From: Zootoca vivipara
Taxonomy: Eukaryota
Direction of reading: 5' to 3'
NCBI RefSeq assembly: GCF_963506605.1
Contig: NC_083279.1
Location: forward strand, 79,050,001-79,114,000
DNA length: 64,000 nucleotides
Of the stretch, positions 24,530-36,563 are shown piece after piece. The position numbers were made by a program, and so were the translations under genes. The first letter of the stretch is position 1. Every line of letters starts with the position of its first letter. The notes under the pieces were generated by a model that was not told where the DNA came from, ran no database searches, and saw only the letters and a list, made by a program, of their open reading frames with translations.

Positions 24530-25235
24530 GTGTTGTATGGGGTGTTAGGGAAGGAGTAGTACCTCTGGTTGGGGAAATGTCTCGCTCCTTCTGAGGTAGT
24601 TTGTCCACCTTTGGTCCCCACCCTCCACTCTGCTCTCACCTGTGGCTCCTAGAAGTTGTCAGCATGTGACAGCGGCCACACTCTGGGAAACAGCTTCAGC
24701 TGGCTGGCTAAACCAGGTGAAGGGAGCCGATGGGTCTCAAACTCTTGGTGAGTTATGAGACTTCCCCTGCGTGCAAAGACAGGTTCTGGTGGATTGCGTG
24801 GTCAAGACCAATAGCGGGTTTAATAGTCAAGAAGGCATTTTCTGCAGGTGTTGTAGAGGGAAGCAAGGGGCAGGTGGGGCTTGTCCACTTGGGACATTAG
24901 CCCAACTAGGAGAAGGGAAAGCTCTGATCCTAAACCTCCACTGCCTTGCGTGAGTTCTTTGGGAGAAGAAAAGGCTAAGGAGTAAACCCTTCACAAAACT
25001 GGAGTGGAGTCCCTAAGATGGTTGGATGGCGTCTTGTGCACCTCCTTCTGGTAACTCCTGCAGACAAGCAGGGGCTAAATGTCTTGTTCTCTTTTCCTTT
25101 GGACCACATCAGCAAGACCAAGCCCAGGACCTCCATACACACTGCCCAGGCTTGTAGCCTGGGGAGGTCACCTCCACGCTGCTAATGCAGCAGTTTGACT
25201 TCACCCCCAGAAGTGCACTCCCTTGTCTCTGGAGC
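24530..25235 (+). mobile_element. Non-coding 5' region of an RTE/Vingi-type LINE (tentative)
   Basis: Contains CCCAACTAGGAGAAGGGAAAGCTCTGATCCTAAACCTCCACTGCCTTGC (24901-24949), which I recognise as an RTE/Vingi 5'-UTR motif. No ORF follows. Confidence 0.5.
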
Positions 25236-25643
25236 TTAGTGGGAAACAGAATGGGCTTTTTTAAAAAAACTGGAAATATGCCAAGGTCGGTACTTCTGAA
25301 TAGAACAGTTTAACTTAACATATCCTACATAACATCATGTTGCCCTTTCTCTCTGCAGCAGTTGTGACCCTAAGGAAGTTTGCATGCCGTGCAATGAAAG
25401 TTTATAGAACCTTCCAACTAACTTGGAATATGTATGTTCTCTAAACAGCGATGGCTCAGTGCCATGAGCATATTAGAATTGGCTGGTTGCTTGTTTACAC
25501 TTGAAAGGTATCGGGAGATGCTATATAGATCCTGCACCATCACTGTTGTGCCCACATCTTGTTTTCCTTCTTCGATTTTAAAAGAGGCCATTTAATGGTT
25601 CATGTTGTGAGCGTCCCACTGGGCTTGTTCTTTCTTTTTGCAG

Positions 25644-25735
25644 CATGAACGAACGGGACCACTTGTTAAAAAGGCTTGGCAGAAAAACCCCTCCAAGTCT
25701 CTTCCGTGCTCATTCTGTCCAGCAAGGTGTCTCAC
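25644..25735 (+). CDS. ATP8A2: ATP8A2 penultimate coding exon, 92 bp
   Basis: ttctttctttttgcAG acceptor and GTAAGT donor. Translates [30 protein letters not shown](H), matching ATP8A2 [17 protein letters not shown]. Phases consistent with both neighbouring exons. Confidence 0.95.
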
Positions 25736-26046
25736 GTAAGTAACAGAACTCTGTCCTGAAATGCTGCAGGAGTAACGGGCAGGGTTGGGTTTGCATGCAA
25801 CTCCTATCTGAAGCCCTGTAGAAATGAATGGAAAGCAGAGAGCGGCACACTATGCTCAAATTAGTAGCTTGTACCCTTTAGCAAAATGAGGGCTAGGGAG
25901 AGATGATCCGACAGAGAAGCAAAGTGGCTGATAGTGACACTCCTATTTGGAACTGGAATTAGGGTCTGTGCCTTTCCCAAGATTTCAAATATCCTCAGAC
26001 ATTTGCAAAAACTTTCATTCCTCCATATCCCACCAACCCCCCAAAG

Positions 26047-26389
26047 CATAGCTACCAAGTTCCGGATTGAAAAATCTGGGACCAGCAGCGGCGCGGCAGC
26101 GGAAGTCGCTTCTACACGACTTCCAGACATGCGTAGAAGCGACTTCCAGCGCCGCTCTGCCCATTTCCAAAATGTCCGCAGCACCAGACATGTGTAGAAG
26201 CGACTTCCGATCCCAGCGCCACCTGATTTCCGGTGCCCATACATGGGCAGAGCGGCACCAGAAACATGGCCGCCAGCAGGAGCTGCTTTCCGGGGGATTT
26301 ACGGGATATAAATCCATTCGGGAGACCAGCGGGAAACGGCAAGAAAATACGGGGGTTTCCCGGGAAAAACGGGGTACTTGGCAGCTATG
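26047..26389. mobile_element. CpG-rich MITE with CATAGCT(G/A)CCAAGT TIRs
   Basis: Perfect 8-bp TSD CCCCAAAG (26039-26046, 26390-26397); internal palindromic GGAAGTCGCTTCTACAC/GTAGAAGCGACTTCC units. Confidence 0.92.
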
Positions 26390-28491
26390 CCCCAAAGTCC
26401 GGGAGAAACGTATTACAGTATGATCGCTGCTTTAAACTGTATTTCAGAGAGATGCCAGCTGAAGTTTAAAATGATCAAAAATGATATTTTAACGCTGCCA
26501 TTGAAGGGCAGTCTCTCACAGCTTTCTGCACAACCTTTTATGCAGCCTGACCCTGTGGCAACATCATTGCACAATTTGCTTCCTCAATGCGCTCATTGGC
26601 ATGCAGTAAGGTTTACCTTTATACATATTGTTTCAGCATCAAATGCTGTGCAGTTCAGGGATTTTCCGCAACATAACTTACCCCCTGCCCAGAGTGCATA
26701 CCGTTGTGCTTTTCACCAGGGGGTGAGGGGTGGGGAACAGCACCAAACACCTGGCTTCCTATCGGGGGACCCTCTGCCCTTCTAGTGAGGAAGAGGTTGT
26801 GGGGAGATCAGAGCACTGTAGATACCCCCTCCCCGCCAGCTGCCACCGGCTATTCATTTTGTTTGGGTGGCTCTTAAGTATTCGGAGGGTTTGTGCAGCT
26901 CAGGAATATCTAGTTTATAGTGCTTGCAAGATACCTCCTTCCAGCATATGAGCTCATTGTTCAGGTATGCGCACAGAGAATACTCTGCAAGTGTGTTGTT
27001 CCCTGCTCAACCTCAGGGAGTCTAAGGCAGGCCTGGGAATATTGATGGACTACAAATCCCATCATGCCTGAGCTTTGGCCAACAACACCTGGAGGGCCAC
27101 AAGTTCCCCATCCCTGTTATAGACCCTGGGTCCCCAATGTTGTGCCCTTGGGCATCCTCCTTTCTGTATACGTATATATGGGACATTGGTTTTTGCTCTC
27201 TTTATTGGGAGGGAGCTTATTGGGAGGGAGCTTATTACCACACTTGGAAATGCTCTCCCTGACTATGCAGACCACCATTGGTCTCCCCATATAAGGCTCT
27301 TCTTATATCCATCCTGTTTAGGGGAATTCCCGTTTAGAGGTTATTTATTTGTGCAGGGTACAGAGATGTAAATCATTGCCGATTTACACCCTTAGGCTTT
27401 GGACTGGTTCCAGAGTTGCATCGTTTGAAAAGCAGGTGAAAACAATGAAATGTCCTTCCCCTTCAGACACGCTCTGGATGCGAGAGGCTGTTTGACCCTC
27501 CGGAACAAAAGTGTGAAGAAAAATAATGTTCTGGCACACACAAGAAAGCTTGTGCTGTCAGGTGTGATCTATGAGGCTGTGCACACTGTTGAAGGCATCC
27601 CCGAGCTTTTAACAGGTTGATAAGCCACAGGAAATAAGAAGAGGGTACTAAAATAAATTTTACCTCTGTTAGCATGTCCCCCAGAAATACTAATGATTAA
27701 GGGCCAGTTAGGCTTTGCTGCAATCCTCACCCACCCGTTTTTCTCATGAGCATAAATTTTCACTGTATTTTTAAGACTTTAGAAAGGGGCTGATCCATTA
27801 TCCCCTACAGCACCTGTCATCCCTTATCAATAGATACTGTTAAACAGCACTCCAGGAAAAGGAGGAAGGAAAGGGTTGGGTGCCCAATAATAATTAGCAG
27901 CACAGTTCATGCAACAGAGAAACGTGTATTGTACAATGGTACAAAAATGGTCTGTTACCGAATCAGATTGCCTGATTAAGGCATGTGCCAAAGCAGGTAA
28001 AAGATTGTCGTCCCCATTGAATTGCAGAGAAAATATAGAATATGGGTTGCTTAAGGGCTTTAGCTCAATGATAGAGCATCTGATTTCCATGCAGAGGGTC
28101 CCAGGTTCAATCCCTAACATCTTCAGGTTGGGTTGGCAATGTTTGCTCTCTGGAACCCTGGAGAGCTGCTGCTAAATGGGCCAATGTTCTGATTCAGTAT
28201 AGAAGGCATCTCCCTATATTCCTTCCTATGGAGGTCAGTGTGGTGCAAACACACCAGTAGCAGGAGCACAAGATTACTGATGTTTTTCACACTGTGCTGA
28301 CCTCCCCTCTGCCTCTCCTCTCTCTTGGTAAGCAGCAACAACTGCCCTGCCAGGAAGTTGCCCTAGCAGCTCTGCCCTTCCTGATGAGCTGCTTCTGGGT
28401 ACCTGCTGCCCCTCACCCAATGGGAACACTAACAAAATGATCAGGTAGCTATACTGAGAAGGGTGATACTAACATATCTCCTTACATGGGA

Positions 28492-28596
28492 AAATAAAAA
28501 AATTCCTTCAGTAGCACCTTAAAGACCAACTAAGTTTATATTTTGGTATGAGCTTTCGTGTGCATGCACACTTCTTCAGATACACTTCTTCAGATA
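28492..28596 (-). mobile_element. Short Penelope-like element (pLTR fragment)
   Basis: AGTAGCACCTTAAAGACCAACT signature of reptile Penelope-like repeats; perfect 14-bp TSD CTCCTTACATGGGA (28478-28491, 28597-28610). Confidence 0.8.
28546..28583 (-). ncRNA. Minimal type I hammerhead ribozyme motif
   Basis: Minus strand GUAU-CUGAAGA-A-GUGUG CAUG CACAC-GAAA-GC-UC^AUAC. Core CUGANGA/GAAA, 5-bp stem II, stem I GUAU/AUAC, palindromic AGCU stem III, NUH triplet CUC. Confidence 0.75.
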
Positions 28597-29425
28597 CTCC
28601 TTACATGGGAGATAAACTTGATTTGTAATCTCTCACCCAGAAGGGTATCCAAGCTAACAGCAATACGCTTCTAATACTTCTGCACTGATATCCTCCAGAA
28701 AATGGGAAAACCTATAATTTCACAATATTGCAAGCCTTACTTCCCACACACCATCAGATAACTTCTAAATCCTCAAGTCTCAGATGATTGAAGAGGCTGA
28801 GAATTTGGGACCTGTGTTATGCCAGAGCCTCTATGACACTGCTCTTGCACTCTTGGGCAGCTGTACATGCTCCAAACAATGGGTGTCTTGTTCCAGAGAA
28901 TGGAATAATAGGTGCGGCTTTTAAAAGGGGGGAGGAGAGTTGGGGAGACGTTTAAGCTTTCAATGGCTCTATTGTAAAGCCAGAGATGGAATCTTTCATT
29001 GTTTGGTTTCTAAAGATAGCGGAAATGTGCAATTAGTCAACTTTTGGGTCACATGTAAAGGAGTTGGGGAAGACAGAAATATATGCCAACAGTTTTTCTT
29101 TGTTTCGCCAACAGTAGTGAAAGGCAGAGCGGGATTAAACATCATGCTAAGTGCTGTATCTAGTGGAGTCCCAGTCAAATTTTGGGGGATGGAGGGGTGG
29201 AGTGGAGGAGAGCTCAGTCTACGGGCTTCAGCTCTTAAGTTTCCCATTGTGAAAAGCATGTCCCTCTTGCTTCCAGCACATGGTTTCCTTACAGTAGCAT
29301 AGACTGGTACCTTCTGGGTACTGGATACAGCCTGGTGCCTTCTGGATATTGCAGGCTACAACTCCCATCAGCCCCAGCCAGCACTGCCAGTAGCCAGGGA
29401 TTATGGGAGTTGTAGTCCACAATAC

Positions 29426-29674
29426 CATACCTGCCAAGTTGCTGTCAGAGAAATAAGGGACCGGGCTGGAAATAGCAGACCAGAAGTAGCGCTGCCGCCA
29501 TTTTGGAACTGGGCGGAGCATGCTCAGAAGTGACTTTTGATGCTGCTTTGCCCAGTTCCAAAATGGCCACCGCGGCAGAATAAACCAGGGGGAAACAAAA
29601 AAATTCCGTTTTTCAGCTAGGAACAGCTGGAAAAACGGGGATTTCCCGGGGAAAACGGGAACTTGGCAGCTATG
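29426..29674. mobile_element. MITE with CATA(C/G)CTGCCAAGTT TIRs, nested in an older hAT MITE
   Basis: Flanking duplication CCACAATAC (29417-29425, 29675-29683); internal GCCGCCATTTTGGAACTGGGC/GCCCAGTTCCAAAATGGCC palindrome. Confidence 0.88.
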
Positions 29675-30166
29675 CCACAATACATCACTGGAGGGCAACA
29701 TATTGTCCAACCTTGGTGTATCAACTTTATTAGGGCTTTATTCATGATTGTCCACAGGCTGCCCTATCCCATGTGCTGCAGAGCAGAGCATGGTCGTCAT
29801 GGCAAGTGCCATGAATTGCCTTATCCTCCAGGAATTTGTCCAATCCTCTTTTAAAGCCATCCACACCAAAGTGGTGTGAACCTAGGTGTCACAGGACCAT
29901 TCCCACTCTACTGTTTTAACTATTTAACTATCATTTTTACCTATTGTCTTCTCTTCACATTTAGCTTTCTGGGTTTTATTCATGCTTCTTTTGATTTCTG
30001 TGAGTCTCCTTGAGTCCTGGTTCTGGAAGCAAGGCGGGGGTGGGGGTGGGGGTGATCATGGAACTCTTCTAACCATTCCACCATTGTGGCACTTTCTTTT
30101 AACTATTGACAAGGTATGTTCTTTCATCGATTTCCCCTCTGCGCTGCTCCTTCTCTTCTTCTCCAG

Positions 30167-30264
30167 ACGGGTACGCGTTTTCTCAAGAGGAGCACGGGGT
30201 CGTTTCCCAGTCTCAAGTCGTCCGATCCTACGACACGACGAAACAGAGACCTGGCGTCGAATAA
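30167..30264 (+). CDS. ATP8A2: ATP8A2 terminal coding exon (GYAFS regulatory tail, stop TAA 30262-30264)
   Basis: Long pyrimidine tract + CAG acceptor. Translates (H)[36 protein letters not shown] is the ATP8A/Drs2-type C-terminal motif. Confidence 0.95.
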
Positions 30265-33200
30265 CGGCGGTCCTTTTGCTCAGCTGGTGGCTGGAGTAAT
30301 AAGATCAGGATCAATGCGTCCACTGTTAATACATCCTCGACTAAGGTTGGCAACAGCAGCGTAAACACCAGAAAAGAAAACCCTTTTTACTGTGGCCTTA
30401 GCCAACGAGTTTGTTATGTACGCTTCTCGCAGACCTTGAGCACACATCGTAGGGCAAAACCCTCATCTGAAGCCGGCTGCCTTGCTCTGCCTCACATTTG
30501 TTTACCTTGTTTATGCAGCAGTTTGGCTGTGCTCCACGAGGTGTGAAATTGAAAACCATTTTGTTTTTGCCACGGTTTTAAAAAGAAAGGGAAGCGGGGG
30601 GGGGGAGAGAGAGAGAAGTAGTAGTTCTGGGGAAAGAAGTAACAGTGGTTGTATGTTCTGTGAGAGATCAGCCAAATTTGGATAGGAGCGCTGGCATTTC
30701 CTGTTTTGCCATGCCCAGATCCAAGCGCGCAAAGGGTGCATGTATGAAACCTTTGTAATGTTCACTGTTTATTTGACTGAAAGGCTCGCGGAAAGAGCTG
30801 GGAGGCCAGGAAAACAAATGCATCATGGAGAGAGTGCGGGAGGGCAGGAATGATGGTCCCAGCAACAAACGTGGCCAGCTCGCTTCAGGAGGAATAAGCG
30901 CTCAGAGATGCAAGCCAGCATCATATAAAATAGGTTGCAGAGACATTGGCTATGTACGCAGCAGCTTAGCGGGAGAGGGGCACTTACCATAGGCCCTGCA
31001 GCACAGCCAAGCCATGAGTCTCCCCTGGGAGTGACATGGTGACTTGGGCGCCTGCAGTCACCATGCTGGCTTGCATCCACCCACCGCCGCCTCCTCACCT
31101 GGAGGGCGGCTATGGAGGGGAGGTGATGGGCAGACTCCATGCAGGCCCCACCCAGAGCACCCTGCCCGGCTCGCCTGTCCCCACAGTTGGCTCACCCCTG
31201 GGCACCCGATCGGCTAGCTACATCGCTGTGTGTATGTGGCACCTACAGAATTCCCCCTTGTGCCGCAATATCTATCCATCACCCTGGTCGTCTGCATGGA
31301 GGGACGTGGGTGATGTTTGCATGGCATTCTGCTCAAGAGGCACCTCGAAACAGCAGTTTAAAATGCAGCCTTTTCCCTGGACACCCAAAGCACCAGCAAT
31401 TCCAGCTGCTCTGAATATATTTCCTGCGATCCACAGAAATGTTCTCCCATCCTATGCGAAGAGTGCAGAGGGAACAACCCAGCTTCAAAGTGCGGGCTAG
31501 ATATATGCCAGACATTTAAAGCACATGACTTGTGCCCCACCCCCTGCAGAGGATCCTGGGAACTGTTGTTGGTTAAGGGTTCCAGGGGCTGTAACCCTGT
31601 GCGAGGTGAACTACAGTTCCCAGGGTTCTTTGGGGGAAGCTACATGCTTTAAATGTGCCACAGATGTATGCTTTGTAAGCAGCTATGGATTTCGGCATTT
31701 TCTTCCGCTTTGCTTGCGCTCTTCATACTGGCCTTTTCTGAGAAGGTCCAGACAGCTGGTGCCTTAACATCCCCTGCTTGTAGAACCAACGAGCACTTCT
31801 GGGAGGAGAGGGGAGCAAGAGCCCATTTTGGATGAACCTATGCTCCTTGCAGCAGCATCTTTTCTCCACCAAACTGGTAAAATATTGCAGATCCTTCATT
31901 TGTTATTACGTTTAGGTACCACTTTTCCTCCAAGGAACTGAGGGCGGCATACATGGTTCTGTCCTCACAACAACCCTGTGAATTAGGTTTGTTGTAAAGG
32001 GGAAGCCAATGTGGGGAGAAAAGATCTCCAAGAAAGAAGGATCAGGAAAATCAGATATGAATGAACCTGATGCTGACCTAAGTTTCTCATTTTCTGTTCA
32101 GCACTAAGAGAAATGGCCCAAGAAAACCTTGAACATCCTGGCATAACTACTTCAGGGAAATATTTTTCACAAATAGCCAGAGATTATATCTTACAAACAG
32201 CATAGGCTTTAAGGTTGCCAGCTTTTTTTCTGCAAGGGCTCCTGTGCTTTAACAGCGGGACCACAGGGAGAAATTCAGCAAAGGAGATAGCAATTGGGGG
32301 GATGTGCCAGATTTCCCTATGTTGTGCAGCTGTCAAAAGCACAGAACCGCCCCGCCCCCCGCCCAAAGGGGGAGGGAAACATGGACACGCCTAGTTAGCA
32401 TTACAGTTGGCAAAGCACTGGTTCACTGGGCCACCAGAGGCGAGTTACCACAGCCCTTGCCTCCCTGGATCATGCAGCATTTTGGTTTCCAGGTGTGTTT
32501 CTGAAATGACAAGAAATGCAGAGAACTCTTGCTTTGTTGATTGTCTCGCTTTCTGGATGCCCCATCCAGCCTTCTTCTAGAGCAGGAGTGGGGAACCTCT
32601 CGCCCTCCGGCTGTTGCTGAGCTGCTGCTCCCATCGCTCCTAAATCCATTGGCCATTCTGGCTGGCAGTTTGAGTCCAACAGCATCTAGAGGGCAACAGG
32701 TCCTGGAAGAAGCACGAGCCGTTGGATTCACCCAGTGCTGTTCTTCAAACAATCCTTATTCATTCTTGTAGCCAGACCACGTTTCTGAATAGCATAATGT
32801 AAACACTGTTGCTTGTCTTGAGCCACATTTCTCAGTTACCCCATGCGCTGTGCATAGGCCCTTAAAATGCCGGCTTGGGGTTTTGTTTTTGCCCTTTCCT
32901 TGACCGCCCTCTGGAGCTTAAATATTGATTTAAGTGTATCCGAAAAGCTATCCGCATATGAATATTTATACTCATCAAGCCAAAGGAAAACAGCCTCTTG
33001 GCTCCCTCCCTGGCCGAATCATTCGAAAGGATTAATTCCAGTGCTTGAGTGCCACCATTCAGTCCCTTCTCGGTGCCACCTCTGGCCTCCCCTCCCCACA
33101 TGGAACGCAGAGCTTAATGATCCAGCAGCCTTCTGCATGGTTTTGCTTCAACCATAAATGGAGGGGAGAGGTAGAAATCTCTCCATCCTGCTAGTTTGCA

Positions 33201-34905
33201 TTGCTAATAGGGTAGGGGAGAAGGAGGGAGGGAGACACATTTATGCAAAAAGGGAAAGTTGAAAGGAAAATTGCCAATAGTTTTGGATGTCAAGGGGCCA
33301 AATGTGAGTGTGAGATTGTGTTTCCATGTGTTTTTTGTAAGCGTACGAGGTGAAGCATCATGACGAAGATTCCAAGAGAAGTGAACAATCTGTTCAAGGT
33401 GGAAACAAGCTAACTAGGACTTCCTATTGGACTCATTGGGACTTGCTTCTGAGTAGAGCTTCATAGACTCACGCTTCAGAATCACTCTAGCATTTTCTGA
33501 TTTACGGAATAGCTTATGAGTCTTTTATTCTCTAATTAATGCTAAGGGACAGTGAGAGTTGTAGTCCAGCAATATCTAGAGAGACACAAGTTTGCCACCC
33601 CTGAATCAGGGGCCCGCGAGCCAGCAAAAATCAAGCGTTGTAAAGCCCCAGTAATTTCAATGCATGCGGAGAATGATTTTGCAGTTGAGATGGACAGGAT
33701 TTAGATGCAGCTAAGCTTTGGCTGACTCATGCCCTGAGTCAGCATGGAGAATGCAGGCCTGGTGGCACCAGGCAGTGTGGTTGGCCAAAGGGCCTGGCAC
33801 CACCTCCGTTCTGCAGCCTCCAGTTGCAGTGCCACTTCTGCTGCCTCCATCCACATTGCCCGTCCGCGGATAAGGAGATGCTTGGAGGATGGAGCTTTGG
33901 GGAGGGGAGGGGAGATGCGGGCAGCCCTCACTCATGGGAGGAGGGCATGCTGAGGACCCATGCCAAGGTGGGGCCAGATCCTCATTAGTAAGTTTCGCTT
34001 TCTACAAGGGAAGGCACAATGCCAGATGAGCACCTAAAATCTAAGAGAGCCTCTCTCTGCCAACCTGGCGACTTCCAGGTGTTTCGGATTACGACTCCCA
34101 TCGTCTCAGACCATTGGCCATGCTGGCTAGGACTGAAGGGAGCTGTAGGCCCAAACACCAGGTTGCAAAAAGCTGGTCTACAACGAATTCCAGGTACTCA
34201 GCTATTTCCATGCAATATTCTTAAATACGATAGCCCCCTCCCCCTTTCATTAAAGTAGACTGGATATGGCAAGCATTTCTGGCTCATACAGTGAGACAAG
34301 GGTGTGTGAGAGAGAGATAGCACAGAAATTATTTTACTCAAACTGGAGGCAGAGGATAGCTGAAGGCAGTGAAACCAGGATCTCTGCTTGTCTCTGGTAT
34401 GTAGGACATGCAGGGCTTTCTATTTTGTTTCTGCAATAACAACGCTGATTCCGATTATAACGATACTTAGCTTTTGAATTGTGCTGTTGATTTTTCAGAG
34501 TATTTCACATGACGGATCTTGTCACAACAACCCTGCGAGGTCAGGGGTGAAGCCCAAGTGTTGGCATGCAGAATGTCCCAGCTCCAGTCTCTGACACCCC
34601 CAGGCAGGACTGGGAAAGGCTCCTGCCTAACATCCTCGAGAGCCACTGCCAGTCAGTGTAGACAGTCCTGTGCCAGGTGGACAAATGGTCTGGCTCAGTA
34701 CAAGACAATTACCTATGCTCATTAAAGGAGGTCAGTATTATCATCATCCCCCATATTGCAGCTGAGGCTGAGGTGCAGCATCCTACCTTTTGTGTTTGTG
34801 GCAGAGGTGAGATTCAAACAGGGGAACTCCTGATTTGTAGCCCAATGGCTTGCTTCTGTGCTACGCATGGAAAATCTGTTTGACCAGTGGAACCAAAGAA
34901 ATATA

Positions 34906-35052
34906 CCATATTTTCCCATCTATAAGACGCTCCCATGTATAAGACACCCCCTATTTTGGGACTCAGATTTAAGAAAATAGAGGGGGGTGGCCCCTAAATT
35001 TTGACATTATTTTTAAAGGGAAAAACCTAGTCTTATACACGGAAAAATATGG
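34906..35052. mobile_element. Tc1/mariner (Tc2/pogo-like) MITE
   Basis: TA|CCATATTTTCCCATCTATAAGAC ... GTCTTATACACGGAAAAATATGG|TA. Confidence 0.8.
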
Positions 35053-36563
35053 TAAGTGTGTGGGCAATTGGAAGCAATGTGGCCCCTCTCTCAAACCCCT
35101 TCCAACTCTCTTAAAAAAGTACTTTCTCCATCCTACCCCAGTTATTTGCTTAATCAGGCAAAGTGAGCAGGGTTGGGAAGGAGGGGCTGTCTATTGACAA
35201 GATTTATTTTCCTACCAGAGGCAACGGTGGGGCTGTCATTCTGACCTGTCTCTAAGCTAAGGTCAGCCAGTGTCACATTCAAGCTCTCTGCAGAGTAACT
35301 AGTGAGATACTTGTGTTAGGTGCATGCTCAACCGAAATTACATTCAGTTCTTGTCATGCGACTATATAGTATGTGACATTAGGCCCGGCAGGTCAAACCT
35401 TTGTCAGCATGGGAGGCAGCCTTAATCTGGATCTGGGTTAATCCTACAAAACCCGCCCAGGTCAAGACCTGGCATTCTTCACGTCCCCTGAAATCATTCC
35501 AAACACAAACCTATCCTATCATCGCCTTCCTTGACTTCTCGTCTTAGTGAACAAGCCAATTGTGAATGAGAGAGAGAGAGAGAGAGCGCATCCTGGCCAC
35601 ATTATCAGCCAAAGGGAAATCAGCCCCTTGTACAAACATATTCCACATCCATTGGCAGAGAGTCACTTTTGAAAATGTTGCAGGAAATTGTTATCAGCTC
35701 AACAGGGTAGCGAAGCAGAATAAGATGAAGCTTTTTGTTTGGCAGTCTAGGTTGAGGATTCCATGCTGATAATTTAAAAATAAAAATGTTAAGAGGAAGG
35801 CAAAGGTCTCCTTAGCAGCTCTCTACATTGACCAACCTGCCAGCTTTTCTTGAACAGTCAGGGGAGAAGCCAAATGCCTGCCTTCCCTTGTTAAAAAACA
35901 GATACGGCTTGTTCCTTTGGACAAATATATGATGCTCTGCCAGGGCCAAGATGCAAGAGATGCCATTCCTTTAACAAGTGTCTTGTCACAAATTAAAAAA
36001 CACGGAGCAGGGTTTTGAGTCAAGCTCTGCTGAGAGATCCATTGACATTTTCTGTTTCTTGACAGGGAAGTCAGTAATAACTTGTCAAGAAGAAACAGTG
36101 AATTGCTAATAAAACAATCGGAGTCAAGACCGGTTGCTAAAGGTTTTTTTTTTTTAATGTGCCAGCAGAGCAAATGTGAAGTATATGGACTGTAAATTAA
36201 GATAACAGTCTAGCCTTGCTAATCTGCACTTTGCCGGACCACACACTTTTTAAGGCATCTATACTTTTTCACTAGTTCACAGCCAACCGTTTTAAACGGC
36301 AGATGCTGGAGCAAAGTCTCCAGTTACTGCGGTTACGTTATTTTTAGAACAAGCAGGGCTGTGTTTACCAGCAGATGATTGGTTGTTGTCCTAAATAATT
36401 AAAACCAAAGTAAGTTTGACAAAATAGTGTGGTTTGCCTTGCATTATTTGTGGTTCTTTGCTTCCAGCAACAGAATCCCCTGAGCACAAAGCTGGCAGAG
36501 TGTTGTTGGGATGCCCCACACAGAAATGAGATTTGCTCCGCGGTTCTTACATTGGGAAGTAGA

